DNA from: an uncultured Bacteroidales bacterium
Lineage (GTDB): Bacteria; Bacteroidota; Bacteroidia; Bacteroidales; F082
Assembly: GCA_900315175.1 (NCBI GenBank)
Contig: OMYA01000011.1
Span: forward strand, 64-64,063
Length of the DNA stretch: 64,000 nucleotides
Reading direction: 5' to 3'
Within the stretch, counting starts at the first letter, position 1, and each line of letters opens with the position of its first letter. This document shows, one piece after another, positions 26,977 through 35,105 of this stretch. A program made the translations under genes and the position numbers. A model generated the notes under the pieces. The model did no database searches and was not told the DNA's origin. It was given only the letters and a program-made list of their open reading frames with translations.

Positions 26977-28356
26977 ATGACAGAATCTGGTACTATATTC
27001 AGTCAGAATGTGAAGCAGATAGCTTTCGACGATGAGCGTCATAAAAAGATGCTCAATCGTTATATCTTTTTCATGTGCGCCGCTGAAGACTGTGCCAATC
27101 ATTATGCTAATATCGAGCTTGAGAAAAACCGCGCTTTCAATATAAGAAACAAGGCTTTTAAATATTACGACAAGCTTTTGGTTGATTTCGAAACCAATGT
27201 TATCAACAATGGTGGTATTGTTCGTTGGGCTCGTGATGCTGAAGAAGCTAAATATATGATTTACAATATTTTAAGCGATGAAAAAGCTAAAAATGTTGTA
27301 AAAACCAAGAGTATTTTGGCAGAGGAAATCGGGTTGATGCCGTTTTTGGAGATGAAAAAAGTTGACATCACAGAGACTGACACAGGCGATTTCATCTGTT
27401 ATCAATACAATGAGCGTCCATCAGATCCTAATCATTCGGCTTCGCATAAAAAACAAAAGGATATTGCGGAGCTTTATGCCGAAAAGTTTGGTCTAAGCAA
27501 TGATCTCAGTCCGAAACAGCTGATGACGGTTACACGTAAAGTGTTGAATAATAGATATTTAACCGCTGACGTTGCTATCACAAGTGCTGATTTCTTTGTT
27601 GCTGATACCGGCGATATCATTATCTCAGAAGACGAAGGCAATGTATTGAAATCAATAGCAAATGCTGATGTTCACATTGTTTTGGTCGGAATAGACAAAC
27701 TCATTCCTTCTATTGACGACATCAGCGTGTTGTTGCCACTATCCTCGTTGTATGAAGTCACGCGAATCAAGGCCAAGTCGTATTACACTATTTTAAGCAA
27801 GCCTGAAAAAAATCAGACAAAGAATAAAAAACTGTATGTTGTTTTGGTTGACAACAACCGTTCGACATTGCTTGCTAAAGAGCAGCAGCGTCGCATCATG
27901 ACATGCATTGAATGTGGTGCGTGCCATAGTGTTTGTCCGGTTTTCAACACTATTGGCGGTCATGTTTACGACGACGCTTTTCCGGGACCAGTCGGCGTTA
28001 TACGTAAGATAGGTGACGGTTATGAAGAAGCTGCTCATTTGTCTACTTTATGCGTCTCATGCCGACAGTGCGAGCAATATTGTCCTATGAACATTAAAAT
28101 CAGTGACTTGATTTTAAGGAACAGGATTGAAATTGCGAAAGAAAACACTTCTTTGTTAGGTGAAAAACGTGTTTTCAACTTCATTTTCAAACGTGTTGGA
28201 AACCGCAAAGAGATGGATAAGACAAAAGAGTTTCTCAATCGTCTTGAGTTTAAGCAAATGATGAAGAAGACATGGGGTATTCATCGTGAGATTCCCACTT
28301 TGGCAGGAAAATCATTTTCAGAGATTTGGCGAGAAATTAATAATTCTGAGGAATAA
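26977..28356 (+). CDS. LutB/LldF-type iron-sulfur protein (LUD domain plus two 4Fe-4S motifs)
   Basis: CIECGACHSVCP and CVSCRQCEQYCP ferredoxin motifs after a roughly 300-aa LUD-like region; no lutA or lutC neighbours in this window. Confidence 0.7.
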   Translation: MTESGTIFSQNVKQIAFDDERHKKMLNRYIFFMCAAEDCANHYANIELEKNRAFNIRNKAFKYYDKLLVDFETNVINNGGIVRWARDAEEAKYMIYNILSDEKAKNVVKTKSILAEEIGLMPFLEMKKVDITETDTGDFICYQYNERPSDPNHSASHKKQKDIAELYAEKFGLSNDLSPKQLMTVTRKVLNNRYLTADVAITSADFFVADTGDIIISEDEGNVLKSIANADVHIVLVGIDKLIPSIDDISVLLPLSSLYEVTRIKAKSYYTILSKPEKNQTKNKKLYVVLVDNNRSTLLAKEQQRRIMTCIECGACHSVCPVFNTIGGHVYDDAFPGPVGVIRKIGDGYEEAAHLSTLCVSCRQCEQYCPMNIKISDLILRNRIEIAKENTSLLGEKRVFNFIFKRVGNRKEMDKTKEFLNRLEFKQMMKKTWGIHREIPTLAGKSFSEIWREINNSEE

Positions 28357-28422
28357 AACGTTTATTTGTTATAAATGTGTTAAAAATTGCACCTAAATTA
28401 AAAGATAATAACACTTAAAACT

Positions 28423-30198
28423 ATGAAAAAAACATTGACATTATTGGCATTATTGTTGATTGCTGCAATCGGTTTTGCACAGAGTTTTGTGATGATAAAC
28501 ACTGATAATCAACAGGAAACAGAGAATCTTTTCAATAATAAGAATCTGAAGATTCACTATTTCAACGATAATTTTGTTTTGGCGACAGCCACAATTGTTG
28601 ACGGGAGCATGAATGTCCTCGACAGTCAGGCTTTTGGCGGCACTGATGCTTATTACATTGTTTATTGCGGAAAGAAAAACCAGGAAAACTACATTTCTGC
28701 CACGAAAAACGCTAAAGTTTTGTTTAAAGATGACAATATTTTGATTTTTGACAAGGCTGTGGAGCCTTACAAAAACGACGGTATGATAGCTGTTTTCAAC
28801 AAAGAGGCAAAGATGGCTGTAGCGCATCGTGATTTTCCTGTGATTACTGAGGAAAACGCGCTCATTCGTGAGATGATGAACCAAGTGAGTATGGATTCGT
28901 TGGAGGCTACGGTGCAGCATCTGCAGGATTATCAGAATCGTATGTGGGATTCACAAAACGCGTTTGATGCTTCTGACTGGATTGCGGGTCGTATGGCGGC
29001 TCTCGGTCTTGAGGTGGAGCAGCAGCCTTTTTATGCAAGCACTTGGACAGGAAGCGGTCAGGCTGCACCTAATGTAATCGGTATTCAGCGCGGTACGCTT
29101 TATCCTGATGTATATGTTGTTTGCGGCAGCCATTTCGACTCATTCTCATTCGAGGCTATGTATGGAGGTGGTACTTGTCCTGGTGCCGACGACAACGCCA
29201 CAGGTGTTGCCAGCGTGCTCGAAAGTGCCAGAATCATGACACAATACGAGTTTGAATATTCTATTGTTTACTGCGCTTTCGGCTGCGAGGAGATGGGTCT
29301 TTACGGCAGCGAGGCTTACGCTTCACGTTGCCAGCAGGAAGGAATGGAGATTTTGGGATATTTCAACAACGACATGAACGGATATCTCTATGGCGATGTG
29401 ATTCATATCGACTGTATCTATCCTAACTCAGTGGCTCCAATAGGTGACTATTATATGAATGTCGGAAGCGTTTATTTCCCTGAACTGCCGATAAGACACG
29501 TAAACTTCAGCGAAGGTGACAGCGATCATACTTCATTTAATAATCACGGATATATGGGAATCTATCCTTTCGAGGATTATCAGCATTACAGTCCGAATAT
29601 ACACACTCCAAACGACCTTATTGGACCAAGTGTCACCAGCTTCGAGATGTCACAACAATACTGCAGAATGAACATCGGATGCTTGGCAGAATTGGCAAAT
29701 CCGGGCGGAGAGCCTCAGATTCATTGCAATCCGGTTCAGAATTTGGAATTAACATATCCGCTCAACGATGACTATGCATCCCTTAAAATAACCTGGGAAG
29801 AGCCGGCTTCAGGTTCTTCATCAGAATTGAACCATTATAGCATCTATCGTGATAATGTTAAAGTTGATGAACTCACTGATAATGAATATTTTGACACCAT
29901 ATCTCAAGGTGTGACAGCCGAATATTATGTGGTGGCAAATTATCAGGATGGTTGTGAGTCCGCTTCGGAAACCGTTACCGTACAAAGCACTTTGGATATT
30001 CCTGAGATTGACGCTTTGAACGAAGAAATCGTCCGTTATGAGGTTTATGATATGATGGGACGCCTAATTTTTAGTGAAAAAACCATATCGAAAAATGTGG
30101 AAGAAATTCTTGTAAATGATTTAGAATCAGGGATTTATATGATACGGTTTTTCACCAAAAACGGCAACGTCGTCAATAAGAAATTCTTAAAGAGATAA
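28423..30198 (+). CDS. M28-family peptidase with Fn3-like region and T9SS C-terminal sorting domain
   Basis: GADDNATGVASVL...GCEEMGLYGS...DMNG; C-terminus LESGIYMIRFFTKNGNVVNKKFLKR; paralog of 24869..26068. Confidence 0.8.
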   Translation: MKKTLTLLALLLIAAIGFAQSFVMINTDNQQETENLFNNKNLKIHYFNDNFVLATATIVDGSMNVLDSQAFGGTDAYYIVYCGKKNQENYISATKNAKVLFKDDNILIFDKAVEPYKNDGMIAVFNKEAKMAVAHRDFPVITEENALIREMMNQVSMDSLEATVQHLQDYQNRMWDSQNAFDASDWIAGRMAALGLEVEQQPFYASTWTGSGQAAPNVIGIQRGTLYPDVYVVCGSHFDSFSFEAMYGGGTCPGADDNATGVASVLESARIMTQYEFEYSIVYCAFGCEEMGLYGSEAYASRCQQEGMEILGYFNNDMNGYLYGDVIHIDCIYPNSVAPIGDYYMNVGSVYFPELPIRHVNFSEGDSDHTSFNNHGYMGIYPFEDYQHYSPNIHTPNDLIGPSVTSFEMSQQYCRMNIGCLAELANPGGEPQIHCNPVQNLELTYPLNDDYASLKITWEEPASGSSSELNHYSIYRDNVKVDELTDNEYFDTISQGVTAEYYVVANYQDGCESASETVTVQSTLDIPEIDALNEEIVRYEVYDMMGRLIFSEKTISKNVEEILVNDLESGIYMIRFFTKNGNVVNKKFLKR

Positions 30199-30208
30199 TC
30201 TTCAGATT

Positions 30209-30306
30209 GTCATTTCGACTGAAGCGAAGCGAAATGGAAAAATCTCCGCCATTTGATTTTAATTCATTTGGCGGAGATTTATTCATTTTGCTCCAGTTGA
30301 AATGAC
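30209..30306. repeat. repeat family B, complete palindromic copy between convergent genes (probable bidirectional terminator)
   Basis: gtcatttcgactgaagcgaagcgaaatggaaaaatctccgcc ... ggcggagatttattcattttgctccagttgaaatgac. Confidence 0.85.
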
Positions 30307-30316
30307 GGGGGAGTGA

Positions 30317-31108
30317 TTAGAAGATACTATAACCGTATTTCAATGTGAATGCGAATCCTGTTGTGTTGGAATCGTCGTATTTTACAGTTTTGTTATGATA
30401 GATTGTCGGGTTTTCGCTGCTAACTTGTGAGTTAGGATATGTGTAATAATGTTCATGGAGCGTTGTTTCCAAGTTGGCATTGAATAAATCAAATGCGAAA
30501 CCGAAGCTGTGGCGTTTTATTTCAAATCCGAATCCAATTGAGAAGTAATAGCCTTTAATTCTCATCGCGCTTTTTTCTATTGTCACGAAATCGAAATAGT
30601 TTTCGGTCATGTGGTAATTGTGGCCGTCGTAATAATAGTTTGTATAGTCAAAAAACCAATTTGGAATGTAGTACTTGTTTATGTCGAGGCTTTCTGCGCT
30701 GATTCCAAAGTTATAACCGACTTTGAAGTCAAAGAAGCAGCTGAAACCTCTGTTGCCGAGATAAATTCTTGGGTTGATGTAGACCGGGATTGACATGGCG
30801 CCATCATAACCGTTGATACCGACACCTGCACCAAGGAAGAAAATTGGGTTAAACATATAACCATAGTTTGCCAAAAGGTTGTAGGAGGCACCATAAGAGC
30901 CTTCGTGTTTAAGAAAAACGTCATGGTTAAAATATCCCATTCCATAGGTTGTCAAGGTATTGATTGTACAGACGTTTTCGAATGTGCCGACGATGTAGTA
31001 TCCGGCGTTGACTTCAGGACGGAGCACCCAGCCTTTTACGCGTTCCGACTGTGCTGATGCTGTTAATGCAACGAGCATCAAGGCAAAAATGATAGTAAAT
31101 TTCTTCAT
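30317..31108 (-). CDS. outer-membrane beta-barrel protein
   Basis: Signal peptide (LTASAQS), Tyr/Gly/Phe-rich alternating strands, C-terminal YGYSIF. Confidence 0.55.
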   Translation of the reverse strand: MKKFTIIFALMLVALTASAQSERVKGWVLRPEVNAGYYIVGTFENVCTINTLTTYGMGYFNHDVFLKHEGSYGASYNLLANYGYMFNPIFFLGAGVGINGYDGAMSIPVYINPRIYLGNRGFSCFFDFKVGYNFGISAESLDINKYYIPNWFFDYTNYYYDGHNYHMTENYFDFVTIEKSAMRIKGYYFSIGFGFEIKRHSFGFAFDLFNANLETTLHEHYYTYPNSQVSSENPTIYHNKTVKYDDSNTTGFAFTLKYGYSIF

Positions 31109-31124
31109 AGCAGTAGATTTTCTG

Positions 31125-31132
31125 CAAAAATA
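31125..31132 (-). promoter_or_regulatory. -7 promoter motif TAnnTTTG
   Basis: TATTTTTG on minus strand, 16 nt before ATG 31108. Confidence 0.45.
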
Positions 31133-31152
31133 CTACTTTTTTTAAAAGAAAC

Positions 31153-31725
31153 TTAGGCACGCATAATTTTTTTCCATTTGATATAACCGAAGATGGCAAT
31201 CACCACATAAAGTGCGTAAAGGCTTGCTTTGAAAGGTATTTCCTTATAGAAATAAAGTCCGCATGTCACCACGTCGACGGCGATCCAGATGAACCATTGC
31301 TCGAGATATTTGTGAGCCAAGGCCCAGATTCCGATGATGCTCAAGGCTGTGGTGAAGCTGTCGGCGATAGGCACGGTGCTGTTGGTGAAGTTAGTGAGTA
31401 ACAAATATATAGTCAACCATACCAATGCGATGATTCCGAGCCATGGCAGTATCAGTTTTTTGGGGAAATGGCGGATTGGGAGTTCTTTTTTCTCGGAAGA
31501 GCCGTGTATCCATTTCCAGTAGCCGTAGACGGTCATTGCGAGGTAATAGAACTCCATTCCGCAGTCGGCGTAGAGGCCTTTTTGATAGTAAAGGACGATG
31601 CCGAGTGCCTGCATCATGAATCCGACGAGCCACATCCAAACGCTGGCCCGATATTCAAAAAGAATATAAGCGAGTCCGAGGACTGTGGTGACGATATCGA
31701 GCCAGTGTTTGGCGAGGAATTCCAT
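31153..31725 (-). CDS. pnuC: PnuC-family transporter (probably thiamine-type PnuT, given the riboswitch)
   Basis: 190 aa, 7 TM, W-rich pattern ...YGYWKW... and ...FGYIKW...; 4 nt downstream of the TPP-riboswitch-controlled receptor gene. Confidence 0.8.
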   Translation of the reverse strand: MEFLAKHWLDIVTTVLGLAYILFEYRASVWMWLVGFMMQALGIVLYYQKGLYADCGMEFYYLAMTVYGYWKWIHGSSEKKELPIRHFPKKLILPWLGIIALVWLTIYLLLTNFTNSTVPIADSFTTALSIIGIWALAHKYLEQWFIWIAVDVVTCGLYFYKEIPFKASLYALYVVIAIFGYIKWKKIMRA

Positions 31726-31729
31726 ATTT

Positions 31730-34129
31730 TTAGAATTTAAGAGTTAAGTTTCCCATGACTGTGAAGCCTGCCATCGGCATGAAACCGATTTGGTAGTAAC
31801 GGTTGTCGTTGGTGTGGCCTGCACTCTCGTAGATTGCCGAGTAGACCCAACCGCTTGCTGCATAGCGTTTGTTGAAGATATTGCTGAAATTCAGGTGGAA
31901 GACAGCTTCTTTCACGAATCTCTGAGGCTTGTAGGTATATTTGAAAGTGACGTTCGACACTGAGTACGCTGGCAGCGAACGGTCTTTGTTTTCGGTGTTG
32001 TCGAGGTACATTCTCGAGACGAAGTTGGTGTGCCATATTGCCTCGATTCCTTTGTGATGGAAAACGATGAAACCGTTAAGTATCGTTGAAGGTGAGAATG
32101 CCAAAGTGGAGTTGTCGTAATGTATTGTCTGCGAGCCGTTTTCCCAGTCTTCGACCACTTCGTCGAAATCTTTGATTTTGTTTTGGCTGAGGGCGGCATT
32201 AGCCTCGATGGAGAGCCATCTTGTGGCGTTGACACCGGCATTGAGTTCGATACCCATACGGTATGATTTCTTGATGTTGGTGGTGAGAGCCTCGCCTATG
32301 TCGCTGACTTCGCCGGTCTGCACAAACTGGTTGTTGTAGTCCATATAATAAAGGTTGGCGCCAGCCTGCCAGATGTTGGTTCCGTAGTTATAACCCAATT
32401 CATAATCAATGAGTTGTTCCGGTTTTGGGAAAGGATAAGAGCCGTTGTCGGTGAAGTTGTTACGTTCCGGCTCACGGTTGCTCATTGCCACTGAGGCGTA
32501 GGCGTGATGGGCGTTGAGGTCAAAAGCTATACCGCCTTTAGGGTTGAAGAAGTTATAGTTTTCGTTGACGTCGAGTACCTGGTTGACGAAGTTACCGTTT
32601 TCGTCTTGTATAAACTTATCGTTAACACCATTGGTTTTATAGTCGACATGGCGATATTGTGCGTCGCCGAATACGTTCCAGTTTTCACCTAATCTGTAGG
32701 TAGCTCTGAGGAACACGTTACCGTCGAGTTTTCTTGCATCGGAGTCGTAGTACTGATACTGACCGTTTGCGAGATATTTGTTAGCTATAGCTTCGTCGGC
32801 GATATATGTCACATAGCCGAAGTGGTTACCGTCGAAATGCTGCATTGAGAGGCCGCTGATGAGTTCGAGTCGTTCGTTTTTATAACGTGTATACCACACG
32901 AATCCGTAGGTGTTTTGTGAGAGGCCTTTTTTACGCACCACGTCAGATTTCTTTGATTTGCCGTCGGCTTTGAACTCGTTGATACCGAATTTGTCGGCCA
33001 ATTTGTTGTTTTGGCGGAATTCGTCGTAGAATCCGTAGCCGTAGGTATAATACAGCGATGCTGCTGTTGCCCAGTTGTCGTTGATTTCCCAGGCTGTGGA
33101 GAGGATGTTATGGTCTTGCCAGAAGTTGTCGGTAGTCTTATTCCAGTAGCTTCCGTCGTTGAGTTTGTAGCGTTCGGTTTTGTAGTTGCCGTTTTCGTCT
33201 TTCACGAAAAGTCCGTTTTCGTCGGTGACGAGGTATTCGTAGAGGTTGTTAAACTGTCCGAGGCCGACGTTCCACATATCTTCGTAGGTGTGGATGCCTG
33301 TTTTTGTTGAATAGGACCATGTGCCGTCGTCGTAGCAGCCATCCATAAGAGAAAAGTCATTGTTACCTGCGACTACGCCGTTCCAGGCTTGTCCGGTGTT
33401 CTCGAAGTTACCGATGTTTTTGTATCGGATGATGAATTTGTTGCTGTTGTACGAGATGCCGCCGTAGTAGCTTCCGCTGCGTCCGCTGGTGCCGTGGATG
33501 AAGCCGTCGGTGTTGGTTTCGTTATAGGCTCCGTCGATGACTATATGGTTCCAGAGCAGTCCTGTGGATGCTTTGGCGCCGAAGTTGAGGGTGTTAAACG
33601 AGCCGTATGAGCCAGTTATCTCGGCGCTTGGCTTGAACGATGGCATTCCGGTGAGGAGCACGATAGAGCCTCCGAAGGCACCGTCGCCGTTTGTTGACGA
33701 GCCCACGCCACGGCGTATCTGGACGTCGCTGAGCAGGGCGCTATATCCGTTCATGTTGGCCCAGAACACGCATTGGTCTTCCGGGGAGTTGAGCGGCACA
33801 CCGTCGAGTGTGACGTTGATACGTGAGTCACCGGCACCACGGATACGCATGTAGCTTGTGCCAGTGCCGACACCATTCTCGCTCCACGAGATGATGCCTG
33901 GTGTCTTAGCGAACAGGAAAGGCAGCTCCTTACCTGTGTTGGAGAAGTCGCCGAGCACGTTTTTGTCGAGTTCTGTCATGGCGAATGGAGCGTTTTTCTT
34001 AACTCTCACACCGCTCACCACCACTTCCTGGAGCATTTCATAGCCTGTGGTGTCGATAACGATTTCATTCTGCGCATTCACATTTGCCGCAAACAAGAAA
34101 GCAGCAATACAAATAAAAATTCTTTTCAT
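31730..34129 (-). CDS. TonB-dependent outer-membrane receptor
   Basis: Signal peptide, plug-domain motifs (VVVSG..., RIRGAGDSRINVTLDGVPLN), long beta-barrel, C-terminal NLTLKF. Confidence 0.9.
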   Translation of the reverse strand: MKRIFICIAAFLFAANVNAQNEIVIDTTGYEMLQEVVVSGVRVKKNAPFAMTELDKNVLGDFSNTGKELPFLFAKTPGIISWSENGVGTGTSYMRIRGAGDSRINVTLDGVPLNSPEDQCVFWANMNGYSALLSDVQIRRGVGSSTNGDGAFGGSIVLLTGMPSFKPSAEITGSYGSFNTLNFGAKASTGLLWNHIVIDGAYNETNTDGFIHGTSGRSGSYYGGISYNSNKFIIRYKNIGNFENTGQAWNGVVAGNNDFSLMDGCYDDGTWSYSTKTGIHTYEDMWNVGLGQFNNLYEYLVTDENGLFVKDENGNYKTERYKLNDGSYWNKTTDNFWQDHNILSTAWEINDNWATAASLYYTYGYGFYDEFRQNNKLADKFGINEFKADGKSKKSDVVRKKGLSQNTYGFVWYTRYKNERLELISGLSMQHFDGNHFGYVTYIADEAIANKYLANGQYQYYDSDARKLDGNVFLRATYRLGENWNVFGDAQYRHVDYKTNGVNDKFIQDENGNFVNQVLDVNENYNFFNPKGGIAFDLNAHHAYASVAMSNREPERNNFTDNGSYPFPKPEQLIDYELGYNYGTNIWQAGANLYYMDYNNQFVQTGEVSDIGEALTTNIKKSYRMGIELNAGVNATRWLSIEANAALSQNKIKDFDEVVEDWENGSQTIHYDNSTLAFSPSTILNGFIVFHHKGIEAIWHTNFVSRMYLDNTENKDRSLPAYSVSNVTFKYTYKPQRFVKEAVFHLNFSNIFNKRYAASGWVYSAIYESAGHTNDNRYYQIGFMPMAGFTVMGNLTLKF

Positions 34130-34182
34130 TTTTTGAACTTTTTGTTAATTTGTTAATAAATGTGAAGGGGAATAATTGGTAA

Positions 34183-34262
34183 TATCCATCCCTACGCCAG
34201 CATTACCCGGATCAGGTTATAGGGTATCATCTCAGCCCTCTAAGGAGCACCCCTTGAATTTC
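34183..34262 (-). promoter_or_regulatory. TPP (THI-box) riboswitch
   Basis: Minus strand reads AAGGGGUGCUCCUUAGAGGGCUGAGAUGAUACCCUAUAACCUGAUCCGGGUAAUGCUGGCGUAGGGAUGG; matches the conserved GGGGUGC...CUGAGA...ACCC...ACCUGAUC.GG.UAAUGC..GCGUAGGGA core. Confidence 0.9.
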
Positions 34263-34267
34263 GGGCG

Positions 34268-34275
34268 CAAAAATA
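34268..34275 (-). promoter_or_regulatory. -7 promoter motif TAnnTTTG
   Basis: TATTTTTG on minus strand, immediately upstream of the riboswitch 5' end. Confidence 0.5.
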
Positions 34276-34292
34276 CAAAATTTTTCATTATA

Positions 34293-34317
34293 TGGTCGCC
34301 TTCGGCTCAAAATCTTA
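34293..34317 (-). repeat. repeat family C, inverted copy
   Basis: tggtcgccttcggctcaaaatctta is the reverse complement of taagattttgagccGAAGgcgacca; compare 34924..34949. Confidence 0.8.
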
Positions 34318-34387
34318 AAAAAATCATTTAAAAAATCTAAAAACTATTCTTCCTCAAACTATTCTTTCATATTTTGTTTTTCTTTTG

Positions 34388-34822
34388 TTATAACAATTGT
34401 ATTTTTTCAATGGTGTTTTCACCGACATTATATTGATACCATTCAGAATACAAATTTTTTTCATTTCCAAAATTAATCAGCATACCGTATGGAAGATGTG
34501 TCAATCTCATGTAGTTCCAAAGTTGTTTTCGATGTTGCATATCAATAAATGAAACAGCTTTTAGTTCAATGATTATTTCTTCATTGACAACCAAATCCAT
34601 TCGATAGTTTTTATCGAGTTTCACATCATCCCAATAAATCGGCAAATAAGCTTGACATTCAACGTAATATCCATCTTTTTCAAGTAAATATTTAATGGCA
34701 GCTTCATAAGCTGATTCCGCCAAACCATATTTGTACTTGTTATAAACTTTCATGGCTACTCCCGTTATGTCACGAAAGAATTCATACTTTTTGTTGTAAG
34801 ATTTGATTAAATCCATAGACAT
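34388..34822 (-). CDS. GxxExxY protein (PD-(D/E)XK-like, PDDEXK_3 family)
   Basis: GLAESAYEAAIKYLL (G..E..Y), ...YRMDLVVNEEIIIELKAV... nuclease-fold core, ...GMLINFG; AT-rich. Confidence 0.85.
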   Translation of the reverse strand: MSMDLIKSYNKKYEFFRDITGVAMKVYNKYKYGLAESAYEAAIKYLLEKDGYYVECQAYLPIYWDDVKLDKNYRMDLVVNEEIIIELKAVSFIDMQHRKQLWNYMRLTHLPYGMLINFGNEKNLYSEWYQYNVGENTIEKIQLL

Positions 34823-34866
34823 TGATTAAAAGGTTTATAAATGTTGATTTCTATTTTTTGCGACAG

Positions 34867-34874
34867 CAAAAATA
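34867..34874 (-). promoter_or_regulatory. -7 promoter motif TAnnTTTG
   Basis: TATTTTTG on minus strand, 44 nt before ATG 34822. Confidence 0.45.
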
Positions 34875-34923
34875 ATAAAAAAATGTGATAGAACTTTTTT
34901 TTGATTTTTATTTTAGATTTTTT

Positions 34924-34949
34924 TAAGATTTTGAGCCGTCAGGCGACCA
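34924..34949 (+). repeat. repeat family C copy
   Basis: taagattttgagccgtcaggcgacca. Confidence 0.8.
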
Positions 34950-35040
34950 ATTAAGTTAAAAGATAACAGATAAGAGTTAAAAGAGAGACTTTAGGATTAT
35001 CTAGGAAGAACATTATGAAAGATTTTTGATTAGATTTTGA

Positions 35041-35065
35041 AAGATTTTGAGCCGTCAGGCGACCA
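35041..35065 (+). repeat. repeat family C copy (second direct copy)
   Basis: aagattttgagccgtcaggcgacca, identical to 34925..34949. Confidence 0.85.
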
Positions 35066-35081
35066 AAAATAAAAAAAACAC

Positions 35082-35089
35082 TATATTTG
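35082..35089 (+). promoter_or_regulatory. -7 promoter motif TAnnTTTG
   Basis: TATATTTG, 16 nt before ATG 35106. Confidence 0.45.
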
Positions 35090-35105
35090 CAAAAATATTA
35101 ACAGT

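Noticed and set aside
34293-34949. Invertible-promoter (inverton) interpretation of the 25-bp inverted repeats
   Set aside because: The repeats enclose a complete gene with its own promoter rather than a promoter alone, and no tyrosine or serine recombinase is present in the window.
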